From the NCBI RefSeq assembly GCF_009914755.1, contig NC_060945.1: a stretch of DNA of 64,000 bases. One strand, 5' to 3'. The position numbers were made by a program, and so were the translations under genes. Shown one piece after another: positions 26,351 through 40,341 of the stretch. The DNA is from the human T2T-CHM13v2.0 reference genome, Homo sapiens. The notes under the pieces are model-generated. The model saw nothing but the letters and a program-made list of their open reading frames with translations. It was not told the DNA's origin and searched no databases. Numbering within the stretch: position 1 is the stretch's first letter; each line of letters starts with the position of its first letter.

Positions 26351-28665
26351 CCTCTTGGAAAGCGTATGCTTACATGTCCTAATGACTCCCTTAATTATGA
26401 TTACACTTGTAAACCGTAACTCTCCATGTTGCATTTTCTATACTCTTTTACAATCTACATTCCCAATTTAAGCTTTTAGTATTTATTTAAACACGTTTTT
26501 ATGTTATTCTAGGACGGGGAATATTTTACGTATCTTTATACTCCCACCCAATGCCCGTTCCCACTGTAACCCCAAACATACAGTGCACATATTCAACATT
26601 TAGTAAATATTTGTTTCCATTTACAGACTAAATGACAGTTCCTTTTTATTGTCTTTTTTCCTGTGCTGTTTTCTTTACCTTTCTCTCGTTCCATCACAGT
26701 AATTAATATTTTTTAATATAAATGCCATATTGAAGCAATGCAAATAACTTTGGGCTCTAAGAAGCAAGAGTCCTAATTATTAATGTGAAAGTTTCATAAG
26801 CAGGAAGTGACAGGAGTACATTCCCCTTATCAAACAGGGCTGGGATTACAACCAGCAGTTTCCAGCTCATCTTGTTCACATTTGCATTTTCATTACATGA
26901 CTCTGGAAATCTGGTAAGAATAAGTTATTATTCATTTCTTTCCCTTCATTCGTATGTTCACTCAATACGGTTATGCATGCATCTCTATTAAGCTTTGCAT
27001 TTGAAACCAACTGTCCCCTGTAAAAGCTCAAGTGGACAGACATTCCCCCAACAAATACATTTTATGAAAAGATCAATGTCCTATTATGCTCTACAGAGAA
27101 GAAATATCTAAGCACATTCTCGTTTTTAACAAGCAGTGGGAAAATTACAAACTAAATCAATATGTCCAACAGAATGCCTGCTCATTTACCACTGACTCAG
27201 GCTATTCCTGGAGATTCTTCTGCAGCTGTCTTTTTTCTACATTTTGTTTTCGGAACTGACACATGGAAACTTGAGGACTGAAATACTAAGACTTCAAAGC
27301 TCCCACTCTGTGTGGGCAACATCTTTCACTGGCAGCAGGGATGACACAAACACTTTCATCATTGGGCTGAATAATAAGCCTTCCTCCAGGGGGTAACTCT
27401 ATGGAGAAAGCTCCCTGCACCCATTATGTCAGACTACAATTGAGCAACTTGAGGAATGCTGGCCCACTGGCACATACGATATTTGTATATTTTGCAGGCT
27501 TTTGTCCCAGTGATTATCGTAAGGCTATATTTTGAGGTTAAAAAAATAGTCATTGAAATTTCTGTTCTGGGCATTTAAAAAATACTCTGAGTTCTACAAA
27601 ATGAAATTATTGTTTTGTGCTAAAATATGACTCTTAATTTAGATTTTCCTACAGAGACTATTACAACCATAGAAAAATTAAAACTATTTCTCAAGCCTTT
27701 GAAGCCAAAATATTCAGTTTTTTTCTTTCAAAAGCATCAGTTTGGTGAAAAACCGATTTTTTAAAATCCAAATACAACAACAAAAAGCATGCACCACTGC
27801 TCGTAAACATTTATGTTTATATCACAAATGGCAATTAGGGTAATAAGAATTTCTGAGTTGTTATATTGTGTTCACATTTTTGGATTATACAAATATAGGT
27901 ACTGCTTTTAAAGAACTGCATTCAAATATATTATTCACAAAATTTCTCAGTAATGTAGCTTTCTATGGACATGGTAAATGCTTTCATTTAAACATTTTGC
28001 AGTCTATTTGTAACATTACAATCTTTTACGTAAACCTAAGTCTCCAAGGCAATGGTTTCTGCTACCTTCTTGCCACGTAAGCCAATTGCCTGCAAACTCA
28101 TTGTACCTTTGATTCAGGATTGAAATATAACCTTGAATTGCAAGACACAGTCAATCTCCCTGTGGCAGGTAGAGGCTTAGCCCTTGTTACACAAGTCTAC
28201 CTAAAAAGCTCCCTTACAGATTCATTACTTGAATTATTTTTTTTTAATATGAAAGAAAATCACAAATGGTTCTGGAAGTTCTGTGGCTTGTCTTCCGCAG
28301 CAAATACAAAGCTTTTCTAAGACTACCAAGAGATGAGAAGAGTGCCTGTAATTCTAGTATTATGTAAACATTTGATATGCTAAGGAATTTCCATTTAAAA
28401 AACCATAGAACCATTTAAACACCCTATCAAATTGGAAAACCTTTTGGAAACAGTTACTACAGAAAAATAATGCATGGAAGTGAAGTCACTCACCACCTAG
28501 AATGAATAAATTAGTATTTATGTAAAGATGTGATGTAAAATACAAAGTTAAAAAATAATAATTCACGTATTTTGGCTGTTGGATCTGAGTTAAATGTGAC
28601 ATAACTGGGATTGAATTAATGCAGAGAATGAGTTTGTGGTTGCCATAAGCAGTAGTAACAGTAAT

Positions 28666-28757
28666 CTTTTTTTTTTTTTTTGAGAAAGGTCTTTCTCTGT
28701 CTCCCAGGCTGGAGTACAGTGGCACAATCACAGCTCACTGCAGCTTCAACCCTGCCT
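28666..28757 (-). mobile_element. AluJ 3' fragment
   Basis: Poly-T then gagaaaggtctttctctgtctcccaggctggagtacagtggcacaatcacagctcactgcagc. Confidence 0.85.
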
Positions 28758-28763
28758 GGTAGC

Positions 28764-29367
28764 TGCCAAGGGTAAACTTCCCTTTTACCTCCTGAATTTT
28801 TGCGAAAAATCAATTCACAAAGGCAGAATAATAGAAGAAAAGGCATTCAAATGTATTAGCATGCCTGGGGGTGGGTGTGGGAGGGAATTACAGAGTGATT
28901 TTCCCACCATGCAATAGGAAACCAATGGTTATATAGCCTCCTTCTTAGAGAATAAGAGATGGAGAAGTACGGATGATTTTAGGGGGTAGTAAATAATTTT
29001 CAGGGGAATTCAATGGGCTTAAACAACATACAGTGATGTGGGATAAAGTCTGTTGAGCTCCTGGGCAGACAACGGTTTGTAACAAAAGTCTGTCTGGATG
29101 TGTTGACAGACTTGAGTCTTTCTTCCCACCGTATGATTTCGGTTAATGAAAATTCAGGGAAGAGACCAGAGGTAATTGTTTTCTTATTTAGTAAGTCCAA
29201 ATTTTAGGCAGATAAGGGAACTTCAGATAACAATTTGATCCTGTGATTTGGGAGACACAGAAGATTGAGAGCCAGGAAGTGTGTTGTGGGCAGAGAGATA
29301 CTGAATCTTTTTCTGTTGAGCATGTCAAATAACCCCATTTTGGGGTATCGGTTTTTGAACCCTAACA
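28764..29367 (-). mobile_element. MER39-like ERV1 solo LTR
   Basis: aaaatcaattcacaaaggcagaataatagaagaaaaggcattcaaat near one end; gcatgtcaaa...attttggggtatcggtttttgaaccctaaca at the other. Confidence 0.75.
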
Positions 29368-29679
29368 CTAAAAATGGAAACTTATTTGAAAATAGGGTCT
29401 TTGCTTTCCTCTTCAGATATGATTAGTTAAAGATCTCAAGATGATATCATACTGGATTTAGGTTTATCCCTAAAGTCAAAGTTGCTGTCAACCACCAGAT
29501 GCCAGGAGAGAGAGAGGCTTGGAATGGTTTCTCCCTCAGAGACTCCAGAAGGAACCAACCTTGCCAACAATTTACTTTCAGACTTCCAGCCTTCTGAACT
29601 GTGAGAAAACGCATTTCCTTTTTCTTAAGCGATCTAGTTTGTGGTAATGTTTTGATGGAAGCCCTAGGAAACTAATACA
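29368..29679 (+). mobile_element. MLT1B/C MaLR LTR (internally deleted)
   Basis: ttatttgaaaatagggtcttt...gacttccagccttctgaactgtgaga...gccctaggaaactaataca. Confidence 0.85.
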
Positions 29680-29710
29680 GCATGTAAGTAAGGTGAAAGT
29701 TAGTAAGAAC

Positions 29711-30075
29711 TATATTAGTCGGTTCTCATGCTGCTATAAAGAACTGCCCAAGGCTGGGTAATTTATAAAGAAAAGATGTTTAATTGGTTCACAGTTCCAC
29801 ATTGCTAGGGAGGCCTCAGGAAACTTACAGTCATGGACGAAGGCATAGGAGAAGCAGGCACCTTCTTCACAGGGTAGCAGAATGGAGTGGGTGTCGAAGG
29901 AAGGGGAAAGCCCCTTATAAAATCATCACATCTCTTGACAACTCACTCACTATCACAAGAACAGCATGGGGGATTCTGATAATTCTGATACAGTTATCTC
30001 CACCTGGTCCTGCCCTTGACACTCAGGGATTACTGGAACTACAATTCAAGATGAAATTTGGGTGGGGACACAGCC
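29711..30075 (-). mobile_element. THE1C/D solo LTR lacking its 5'-terminal bases
   Basis: tatattagtcggttctcatgctgctataaag...tttgggtggggacacagcc. Confidence 0.9.
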
Positions 30076-30641
30076 TAGGTCCCCCGAGGGACCTAGGTAA
30101 TTATAATTAAAGAACCTAGGTAATTATAAAGAAATAAAGTTAAATATTACAAAAATAGAGCTGTTTATAATGAACATCAAAATCTGTGATTTAATAAGGC
30201 AGTAATGTTTTATTTGTGTTTATTTTATATTTTTAAGTATTCAACGCTAGGAGTATATTTCTTAATTAAGGTTTTTAAGTGCAAGAACTATATGTTATTC
30301 CAAGCATAAACTATGATGTTTGTTGATATATTTTCATAGGTTCATAGAATTTTTGAGTAGTAAGGCACTTTTTAGTTATCTCTCCTGAACTCTTAATTTT
30401 GGAGAAAGTTCTGTGACTTATTTCAAAATTACACATCTAGACAGAGTACCTGGTTATGAATCCTTACCCTCAATTTCCAGTACCATAACCACATCATCAA
30501 TTAAAATAAGCCTGAAAAATTATTAAATTCTAGTTAGTAGGTAATAACTCTGGTTCTGGTTGTAGTTATATACTAGGAAACAGCATTTGATTTTTTACTT
30601 TGGGAAAAATAAGGTTCATTGGATATTTTTAAATTTCAGTG

Positions 30642-31457
<816 letters not shown>

Positions 31458-31729
31458 CATTTTCCACATTTTTTTAGAACTGTTGAGACTATTATGTTAG
31501 TTTGCCTGCTCAGTGGCCCCTTAATCAAAGAGTCTTAGGCAGAGTAAAGAAAGATCAGGAGGTAGTAAAATTACAGGCACAACAACAGATTTGATGGCTA
31601 CCAATGAGCATAAAGTCTGAACTACACTAGATGTTTTTGCAACCTGATAGACAGTAGTCTGAAGAGGCACAACATCTCAGTTCTACAGACAAAACACTAT
31701 GGACATTACCCAGGTTTCCAATATCACTC

Positions 31730-32090
31730 TGTATAAGTCTGTTCTCATGCTGCTGATAGAGACATACCCGAGACTGGGTAATTTATAATGAAAAAAAGGT
31801 TTAATGTGCTCACAGTTCCATGTGGCTGGGGAGGCCTCACAATCATGGTGGAAGGAGAAAGGCATGTCTTATGTGGCAGCAGGCAAGAGAGAATGAGAAT
31901 AAAGAGAAACGGTTTCCCCTTATAAAACCATTAGATCTCATGAGACTTATTCACTACCACGAGAACAGTATGGAGGAAACCTCCCCCATGATTCAATTGT
32001 ATTTCACTGGGTCCCACCAACAACACATGGGAATTCTGGGAGCTACAATTCAAGATGAGATTTGGGTGGGAACACAGCCAAACCATATCA
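31730..32090 (-). mobile_element. THE1B-like solo LTR
   Basis: Complete LTR tgtataagtc...ccaaaccatatca with 5-bp TSD cactc (31725-31729, 32091-32095). Confidence 0.93.
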
Positions 32091-32324
32091 CACTCAAATT
32101 GAAAACATGTATATATCAGTTTTCTAGAGAATTATTTTTTGTAATGGCTATGCAAAATACACTCTGCTAATTAAGTTTAAATAGGCCCAACCAAATGTGA
32201 TTCTGCCCTCCTTCCTCAACCCCATCAGTAAAGAGAAGGAAAGATATTGATGGTCTTCACTGATATGTAATTTTTATGTATTTTTATCTACGAGAATATG
32301 CATTCTTTTTGTAGTAATTCTTTT

Positions 32325-33078
32325 TTGTTGTTATTTAGTTTTTATTTTATAATCATAAACTTAACTCTACAATCCAGCTAGGCATGAAAGGGAACAAGGA
32401 AAACATGGAACCCAAAGGGAACTGCAGCAAGAGCACAAAGATGATGGGATACTGTGAGCAAGTGGGGTAGAGGGGTGCTCTCCTGAGCAACAGAAGGAAT
32501 GGTCTGGTGGTGAAGATAAAACACAAGTCAAACCTATTAGAGTTGTCCACAGTCAGCAATGGTGATCTTCTTGCTGGTCTTGCCATTTGTGGACCCAAAG
32601 CACTCCATGGCTTCCACAATACTCACGCCTTCCTTCCCTTGCCAAAGACCACCTGCATGCCATCCAACCACTCAGACATGGCAGTGCAGATGAAAAACTG
32701 GGAACCATTTGTGTTGGGTCCAGCACATTCTCCACGGACAAGATGCCAGGACCTGTATAATTTAGGACGAAGTTCTCATCATCAAATTTCTTCCCGTAGA
32801 TGGACTTGCCACCAGTGCCATTATGCTGTGTGAAGTCACCACCCTGACACATAAACCCAGGAACAATTCTGTGAAAGTAGGAACCTTTATAACCAAATCC
32901 TTTCTCTCCAATGATTAGAGCACAAAAATTTTCTGCTGTCTTTGGAATCTTGTCTGCAAACAGCTCAAAGGAGACACGTCCCAAGAGCTCACCATCCACG
33001 ATGATGTCTAAGAACCTGGTGGGGTTGACCATGGCTGATAGAACGGGGCTCCTGGCAGCGGTGGCATCTGCAAAGCCA
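32325..33078 (-). pseudogene. Processed pseudogene of PPIA (cyclophilin A), full length with 5' UTR, CDS (33032-32537) and 3' UTR; specific PPIAP number not determinable
   Basis: MVNPT...[11 protein letters not shown]...[36 protein letters not shown]; intronless; 2-nt insertion at about 32725 and 1-nt deletion at about 32637; AATAAA at 32346-32341; 13-bp TSD tagtaattctttt at 32312-32324 and 33079-33091. Confidence 0.98.
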
Positions 33079-35626
33079 TAGTAATTCTTTTAATTTGTTG
33101 GCAATAATTAAGTAAAGTTAAATTTGGCATTACTTATGTTTTATATGAGAAAACAGAAGCAAAGTTAGGAAGGTCATTTACGTTATTTTTTTGAGATTTT
33201 CTAGTCACCATATTTATGGATTGTTTTGCTGTTAATTCAGTCTAAAATACGCTTTGTAGCTTTTTTATTCACCATATTATATGGAAAGTACATTGACTAC
33301 TGTTTCAAATTAATCACTAAGATTTTAGAAAACAGATTGTTGTATGAACAATATTCACATTTAATATTTTACATAAGCCTCATTTTGTCTAAAAGCTGAT
33401 AAGTAGGAAAGTTATAATTAGAACATTACAAAATACTATCTTAAAATTCAGGTTGAGCTGTCCTTTGAATTCATCTCCACAATATCTGCATACATTCATT
33501 AACTTCAGATGTAATTGGAAGGCACATAATTAATGCAATGGTTCTGAATGTTTATCAAATTACCACCAATCATCACGGTTTCTTGATGATGCTCGGCAAC
33601 AGGGTGCATGGACATCAGTAAAATTCTAATTATGAATTACTAATTGTAATGACTCCACCAGGCCTAAAATACAGCATCACTGTTTAAATTAAATTAAGTT
33701 AGTTTTATTGACTTCATTATTGAAGGATGAGCTGTTTCAAGCAGTAAAATTTTGAACTGACATTTTAAATGATTTCTACTGTTATAATGAATGTCAATTC
33801 TTCTCAAAGAGGGTACAACAAACAGAAAGATGCTGAGGATAATAGGTCACACGAATTAACACATGCTTGCTTATCAGATGCCAGGAAGAGAAAGGAGTGT
33901 TAAAATATATTCACCCATTTTTATTTCAGCTGTTCATTTTAAAAAGAAGAAGCATAAAAATATAGAAGCAATGACCTACCATGAATTTCTAGACAAACCT
34001 TGTTTACATTCCATGAATGTAAATATACATAACATTTATTAAAACAGCAACAAAGACTACCACCCATTCTGTATTGTTTTCGCGTACAGCACTGTTATGC
34101 TGAGTCTGCATCTCTCCAAGTTTGAATTCCTCTGCTCTCCATCAGCGAAGCGATCATTCTCTAGTAAGTCTTTTCATATTATAAACTCTAGAAGAGTAAT
34201 CTTTTAATCAATTAAATTATGAATTTAAGGAACAACTCAAAATTAATTAATTTCAGACCCCATCATATTGAAACTTGCCTCAGAAACACAGGCAAACCCA
34301 AATTGTTTCCAACTTCAAACTATTACTTTTAGTTGGAAACACATGTTAATTGTTTAGGTATACCAAAATTAACATCTTAATTATATTTTTCACATTCTTT
34401 CTGACAAGTAGAGTACATGTGCCATAGAAGATACTGCCTGTATTAGCAAATACCTTCTGTCTGATATTCACATACTCAGCTCACTTCAGAGGTGATTTAT
34501 TCATGTGATCTCCAGCTATGAAGCTTTGGGTAAAAATAAGAACAAAACAAACAAACAAGAAATAACTTCAGTACTGATCAGCCTTCGTGGTTTTATTCTT
34601 GGAAGTTTCACCACTGTGAAATTTAAGTAAATATTTTCTAGACCTTGTAAAGTTGAAAAAGGCCTCCTAGTTTATATGAAATATGCCCTCCTTCCTCATC
34701 TAAATAGTTTTCACTTTGCAACAAAGCTACCGTATTTACCGACTGTATGTGTTCTTAGTGGTAAAATCAGTCTAAAAATAACAATGTTTTATCTTTCAGA
34801 TTGAAGTAATCTACCCCTAAAGCTGAACCCATTAGAATTCTGGATCATAATCTTGGTGATTTCTTAAAGCTTCATTGCAAATTTTCCATGGCAGCAATTT
34901 TGACTATAATAAATGCCAGCTGCTATCGTCTTTAAAAGCATAAAATGCTTCAACTTCTCAAACAGCATGTATCTTTTAAAATCTACATTACCCTATTTGC
35001 TAATTTGTTACTTCTCTCTTTTGTTGCATCATATTGAGAGAGGAAGGGAGCTTAAATATTCCAAACACAATTGATATCATCATCCTCTGGCCCTGCTTTT
35101 TCTTTTCTCCTTTGTTCACAGAAGGCAATGGATAAACCCATGTCTATATCACAATTCCAAAGTAGCCAACTCATCATTGACTCTCGTGGTTCTCTCAACA
35201 AGTATCATTCCTTACCAGTCCTTGTGTTGCTAAGCTTCTAGCTATTATTTCTTCTGATTTTTTTTCTTACAAAAGAGGATATAGTGGCATTTATACGAAG
35301 GCTATTTCATGAAAATTTACCTTGGTGCAAGTGATATGAGCTATTAAATCCATCTTTCGGCCAGATATTCCATTCTGCCTTAGAAAGCCCAATACTAATC
35401 CAAGAAAGACATGGAAACATGAAATTCACACTTATTTCTAAGAGTTGTAATTGCTGTGAGTTTTCAGCATATCTTAGCCCATTTGGAAGAATGGGGTTTT
35501 CTTGAGGCTTTCTTGAACCCGGAGAGCTTTCGGAATAGTACTTTCCAAGGAGTCTGAGATATTTCTTTATTTTATTTTAGGATAGCTTTGGTGCTTTCTC
35601 TGAGGGTGGCTTAGGGTAAATGGCAT

Positions 35627-36056
35627 TGAACAAGATGGCCTTAAAATTCCCCTTAGCTTGTCTGAACTTTATACAGGCTTCTTTTTGTCTCTAGGTAACT
35701 GACCTCCCTCTCACTCTGGACCAGGTGGGCTAACCACAGAGGATCCTGACCTTCCTTCCCCCTATCCCTTACAGAACCCAGGTTACACAATCACAGAGCA
35801 AAACATTCCAAGCAAGAGGCCCTAATCACAAACTTAATATATAACTTAATGTACTTGACACACCCCATTGATCAATCTCCCTGCAACATCCTTTGTTACT
35901 TTTCCACTAACTCACCACAACTCTTAAAAACCCTACCATTCTTTGTTACAGAAGAGGTAAGTTCAGACTGAATTATTGCCTCTCTCCCCATTGCAATAGT
36001 CTTGAATAAAATAATAATTGCCTGTTTAACATTGTCTGATGAAATTTTTCTTGACA
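35627..36056 (+). mobile_element. MER31/MER67-class ERV1 solo LTR
   Basis: tgaacaagatggccttaaaattccccttagcttg...ccccattgcaatagtcttgaataaa...tttttcttgaca, with TG...CA ends and a polyA signal. Confidence 0.7.
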
Positions 36057-37226
36057 ACCGTGAATAAAGGCAGTGACGTTACCATACCTGTTGCATGCAA
36101 TGCTTGAACAATGATATACAATAGGAGAATTTGAGTGACACCTTGCCTGTGATCACTTCAATAAATATGAAGTGGTGGCTTCTTTGTAATAATTTTAATT
36201 CACTTTAACAGATAACTGGAAGTTGTATTAAAAGATAGAGACTGAGAAACACAATAAAAGGATAATGGAAAAAAGCCAGAAAGTAATAAATTTGCCAATT
36301 AATAGAAATTATCTGTATTAAGCTCTTACAGGACCCTTCAAAAGTGTTGAAATGGGAACTGCAACAATGGACATGCACATCAAATAGAATGTCCTGCTGT
36401 AACTCTTATTTACTAATCTCTGCAGTTAATATCAATTACTACACGGCATCAACCCTGTTCTGCACTATATTGTTGATGATAGGACACCTGTATTCCAATT
36501 ATTTTTGAAGTTAGAGACATGTCCAATGTTTCCTTTCAACAAACCAGTATACTCTGTGTGGACATGCTCCCCCTGGCCTACTCTCAATAGGGTTCATAAA
36601 ATAGGCTTACAACTGAGATTTATTTTTCTCTGTTCAAATGAAAGACATGTTGTATTCTGATATTAATACTAATGAAGACTTTGGCTCTATTCACTCTGCA
36701 AATGATGCCCCCAGGGTAGATGAGGAAGAATCTTCAATCAATGTGTGCATAGTTTTGTATTGGCTTATTTATTTTAATTTCAGTGTCCATAACTCCTGGC
36801 ACTATTAGAATATTCAATTATAATGTAGTCCAAAGTGCTATAAAAATAATTTTCTCTTAATTACACTATGTCCTTTTATCTGCACATTATTTTTAAAAAA
36901 TAACTCAACGTATTCCACTTATGGTTATACTGAACAACAATATGCTTTTCGAGTCTTTGGCAAGTCAATGCATATTTTCTAAAGAAACCTTAATGTAATT
37001 ATTATTTCAAATGTAAGTATAATTTCTTCCAGAGAAACCCAGGGAAGAACTGGAATAAAATATTAATGAGAAAACCTCAACGAAAGTACACACTAAAATA
37101 TTCTAATAAATAAAATATAATCAAATTATCAAGCTGGACAGTCTGACTCCACAGTCCTTGCTCTTAATTATTTTGTTCAGAAGATACGTTAAGAAAATGG
37201 GCTTTCCTTCAAAAAAAACTCAGATA

Positions 37227-37543
<317 letters not shown>

Positions 37544-37689
37544 ACTCACAGATACGTAGGTAAAAAAGATAATACTTGGTAACAATGAATGGTAGTAAGT
37601 GATTATGGGACATTTACATTTGGTAAGCCTAATATGAGTTAACTAACAACAATAGTAATATCAAAACTAATAATAGTTCTGGAAATAGT

Positions 37690-37870
37690 AAAAGCTAACG
37701 TGTGATTAGCACTAATCATGTGCTGGGCCTTTTTCTAAACACCTTCCCTAAAGTATTTTTATGTAATTTTTATTTAATCCTTTTTAAAGGATACATGAGA
37801 TTTACGATGAAAAAATGGAAAAAAAGATATGTAGTTTGTCCAAGGTCATATTTGCAGTAAGTGAGAAAAC
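37690..37870 (-). mobile_element. MIR SINE
   Basis: agctaacgtgtgattagcactaatcatgtgctgggc...tttacgatgaaaaaa...ttgtccaaggtcata. Confidence 0.6.
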
Positions 37871-38111
37871 ACCTCCTATATTTTCCGTTCATTATTATTA
37901 CTTCTTTGCAGAATATTGATCTCAGCTTGGGGAAAATTTATACCACACTTTTGTTTCTTTTCCAAGAGTTCATAATTTGGTGTACAGCCACCCTTATGTG
38001 TGTGTCTGAAATAGTCTTTAAGAATTATCTCTAGTAAAGTAAAACAAGAATTAACTTACTGAATTCTAAGAAAACGTGCTATTGTCAAAAGTTTAAGGAG
38101 ATTCTTCCCAA

Positions 38112-38401
38112 CAATCTTCTCACACAAAGACACACACACACACAGAGACACACAGAACACACACCACAAAAACACAAACATACACATGTTTGGGATTCTT
38201 ACATCTCTGCAATCTTCTCACACAAAGACACACACACACAGAGACACGCAGAACACACACCACAAAAACACAAACATACACATGTTTGGGATTCTTACAT
38301 CTCCGCAATCTTCTCACACAAAGACACACACACACAGAGACACGCAGAACACACACCACAAAAACACAAACATACACATGTTTGGGATTCTTACATCTCT
38401 G
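38112..38401. repeat. Tandem repeat: 3 copies of a 96-98-bp CA-rich unit
   Basis: Units start caatcttctcacacaaag at 38112, 38210 and 38306 and are nearly identical. Confidence 0.97.
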
Positions 38402-39311
38402 CACTTATAGATTAAGCTATTATTTTTATTTTTAAAAGCATTTTTAATATGTAGCACCAAACACAGTGTCACTAAATACATTTTCTGGATTGAAAAATTG
38501 AACTAAAGCCTAGGTGTATTTCACTCAGACTAGAATATCATCAATGACCCAATGAATTTTGTGTTTGTGCCACTCATCACTTACCATTTTCCTTTAAATG
38601 TTTTGGAATTCACTCTGAAAATATACAGAGGTTGCATGCTACAGTAATTTCTGCAACAGATAAGTTTTTACTTGATCCAACACATTTTCGGTTTTGTTTT
38701 AGTTTTAGTTGTTGCTGTCTTGTATAATTTTGGTAAAGGAGTTACCATGAGAATTCATTAGAGATTTTTTTTTCTTGTCATAATTGTTGCAGGCTAGGTT
38801 CTCTTATGCTGATTCATGTTAGTTTTCTCATATTAGAGGAGATGCATAACACATGTGTTTTGAATTGTATCTTCCCTACTACCTAGAAATGCTTTTGTAT
38901 CTTAAAGGGGAGTAATAGCTCCCCCTTTCACATTATCTATTAAGTCTCTTTTGTGGCTGTTACAGGTATTCTAAAGGCACAGACTTTGATGTACCATATT
39001 AGGGCTAACCTCTCAGAAGTGGAGTTTTTTTTTTCAAGAAAGCACAGTTTGAAAAGGCAAAGAAATATAGCTTCAGTCAAAATGGTTTGATAAAGAGCCA
39101 ATGATTTTCCTTTTAGTGAAACAATCTGAAAATCTTAGAAAATCACATTCTGAATGTCTGAGTGGTTATATTACTATTTATCTCACTCTAATTAAACAGA
39201 CTTATAAGAATATTTACTACTCTCTCTACCAGATTAAACCAACCAGACCTTATTAGTTCAATATATCTACAGAAATATCAGGCAGGTATATGTATACACA
39301 CACACACACAT

Positions 39312-39548
39312 ATTTAACTTTTATTTCAGGTTCAGGCATACATGTGAAAGTTTGTTACATAGGTAAACTCATGTCATAGGTGTTTGTTATTTCATCACTC
39401 AGGAATTAAGCCCAGTACCCAATAGTTATATTTCCTGCTCCTCTCCCTCCTCCCACCTTCCACCCTCAAGTACTCAAGGAGATCCCAGTGTCTGTGGCTT
39501 TATGTTCATACATTCTCATCATTTATCTCCCACTTTTAAGTGAGAACA
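39312..39548 (-). mobile_element. LINE-1 3' UTR fragment (L1PA15/16-like)
   Basis: tacatgtgaaagtttgttacataggtaaactc...ctccctcctcccaccttccaccctcaag...aagtgagaaca. Confidence 0.85.
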
Positions 39549-40341
39549 ACGAGCAAGTGTATTTTATCAAAATTAAGACCAAAACATCTTGTTTTAAAAT
39601 ATATGCAAATAGTTACTGGCATTAATTATGATTAGACCTAATGGAATCTTTTTATAATTTTGTGTCTGTTTTAATTTGCATTGCCACTTTCAAAATAATG
39701 GTTGTTCTCCATACCTTCTGGTCTGATAGCAAAACTTTTTCTTCTGTACTAAAGATCAGCATATAGAGAATATCCTATATTACAAAATGTGTTACTTCAT
39801 CTTACGTTCTCAACCCCATACACTCTTGTCACCTTTGTAAAGTGAGAGAGCTGTTAACAGCAGTGGCCTAAGAGATGCTGACTGAAATTAAACTTCATTT
39901 TCAAGTACATTTCACAGCACTTTGTCATGACAAGTCCTTTCTTATGTGATGTGGTCTCAGAGACTGCCAGACAGGCCAAAATGGTAAAAGTTCATTATCA
40001 TTTGGATAAAACTTCCCTAATTATTAAACAAAGTGAACAATACCTAGAAATGTATGGCAAGAAGGGAGAGGAAATGAACAAATTAAGAACTCTAAATAGA
40101 ACAATCTAATGTGGGGTTTTAATTTGAAAGCAACAAATGACAGGCCAGCATTTTCAATTAACAAATAATTTTGTTACAATAATTCTTTTCTTATAGTATT
40201 TGTTTTGGTTGTTCTTACTTGATTGGGAAAGATGAACCTAATAATTATGTAAAAATTACGAACACCTGAAAATATACACTTCTATTTCACAGGCAGATTT
40301 TAGAGCTGTTGTACAAACAGGATTTTAAAAATATATTGCAT

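Noticed and set aside
27150-27500. Additional VWD/C8/TIL exon matching the 16.6-17.1 kb relic
   Set aside because: Only isolated words (PWR, CVIP) on the minus strand, with no collinear motif series.
32553-33032. 159-aa ORF as a functional cyclophilin gene
   Set aside because: It frameshifts after about codon 102, has a second indel downstream and is intronless with a TSD, so it is a processed pseudogene.
38120-38435. Three overlapping ORFs with repeated 32-aa units; superficial CRISPR-like periodicity
   Set aside because: A by-product of a 96-bp CA-rich tandem repeat; there are no unique spacers and the DNA is eukaryotic.
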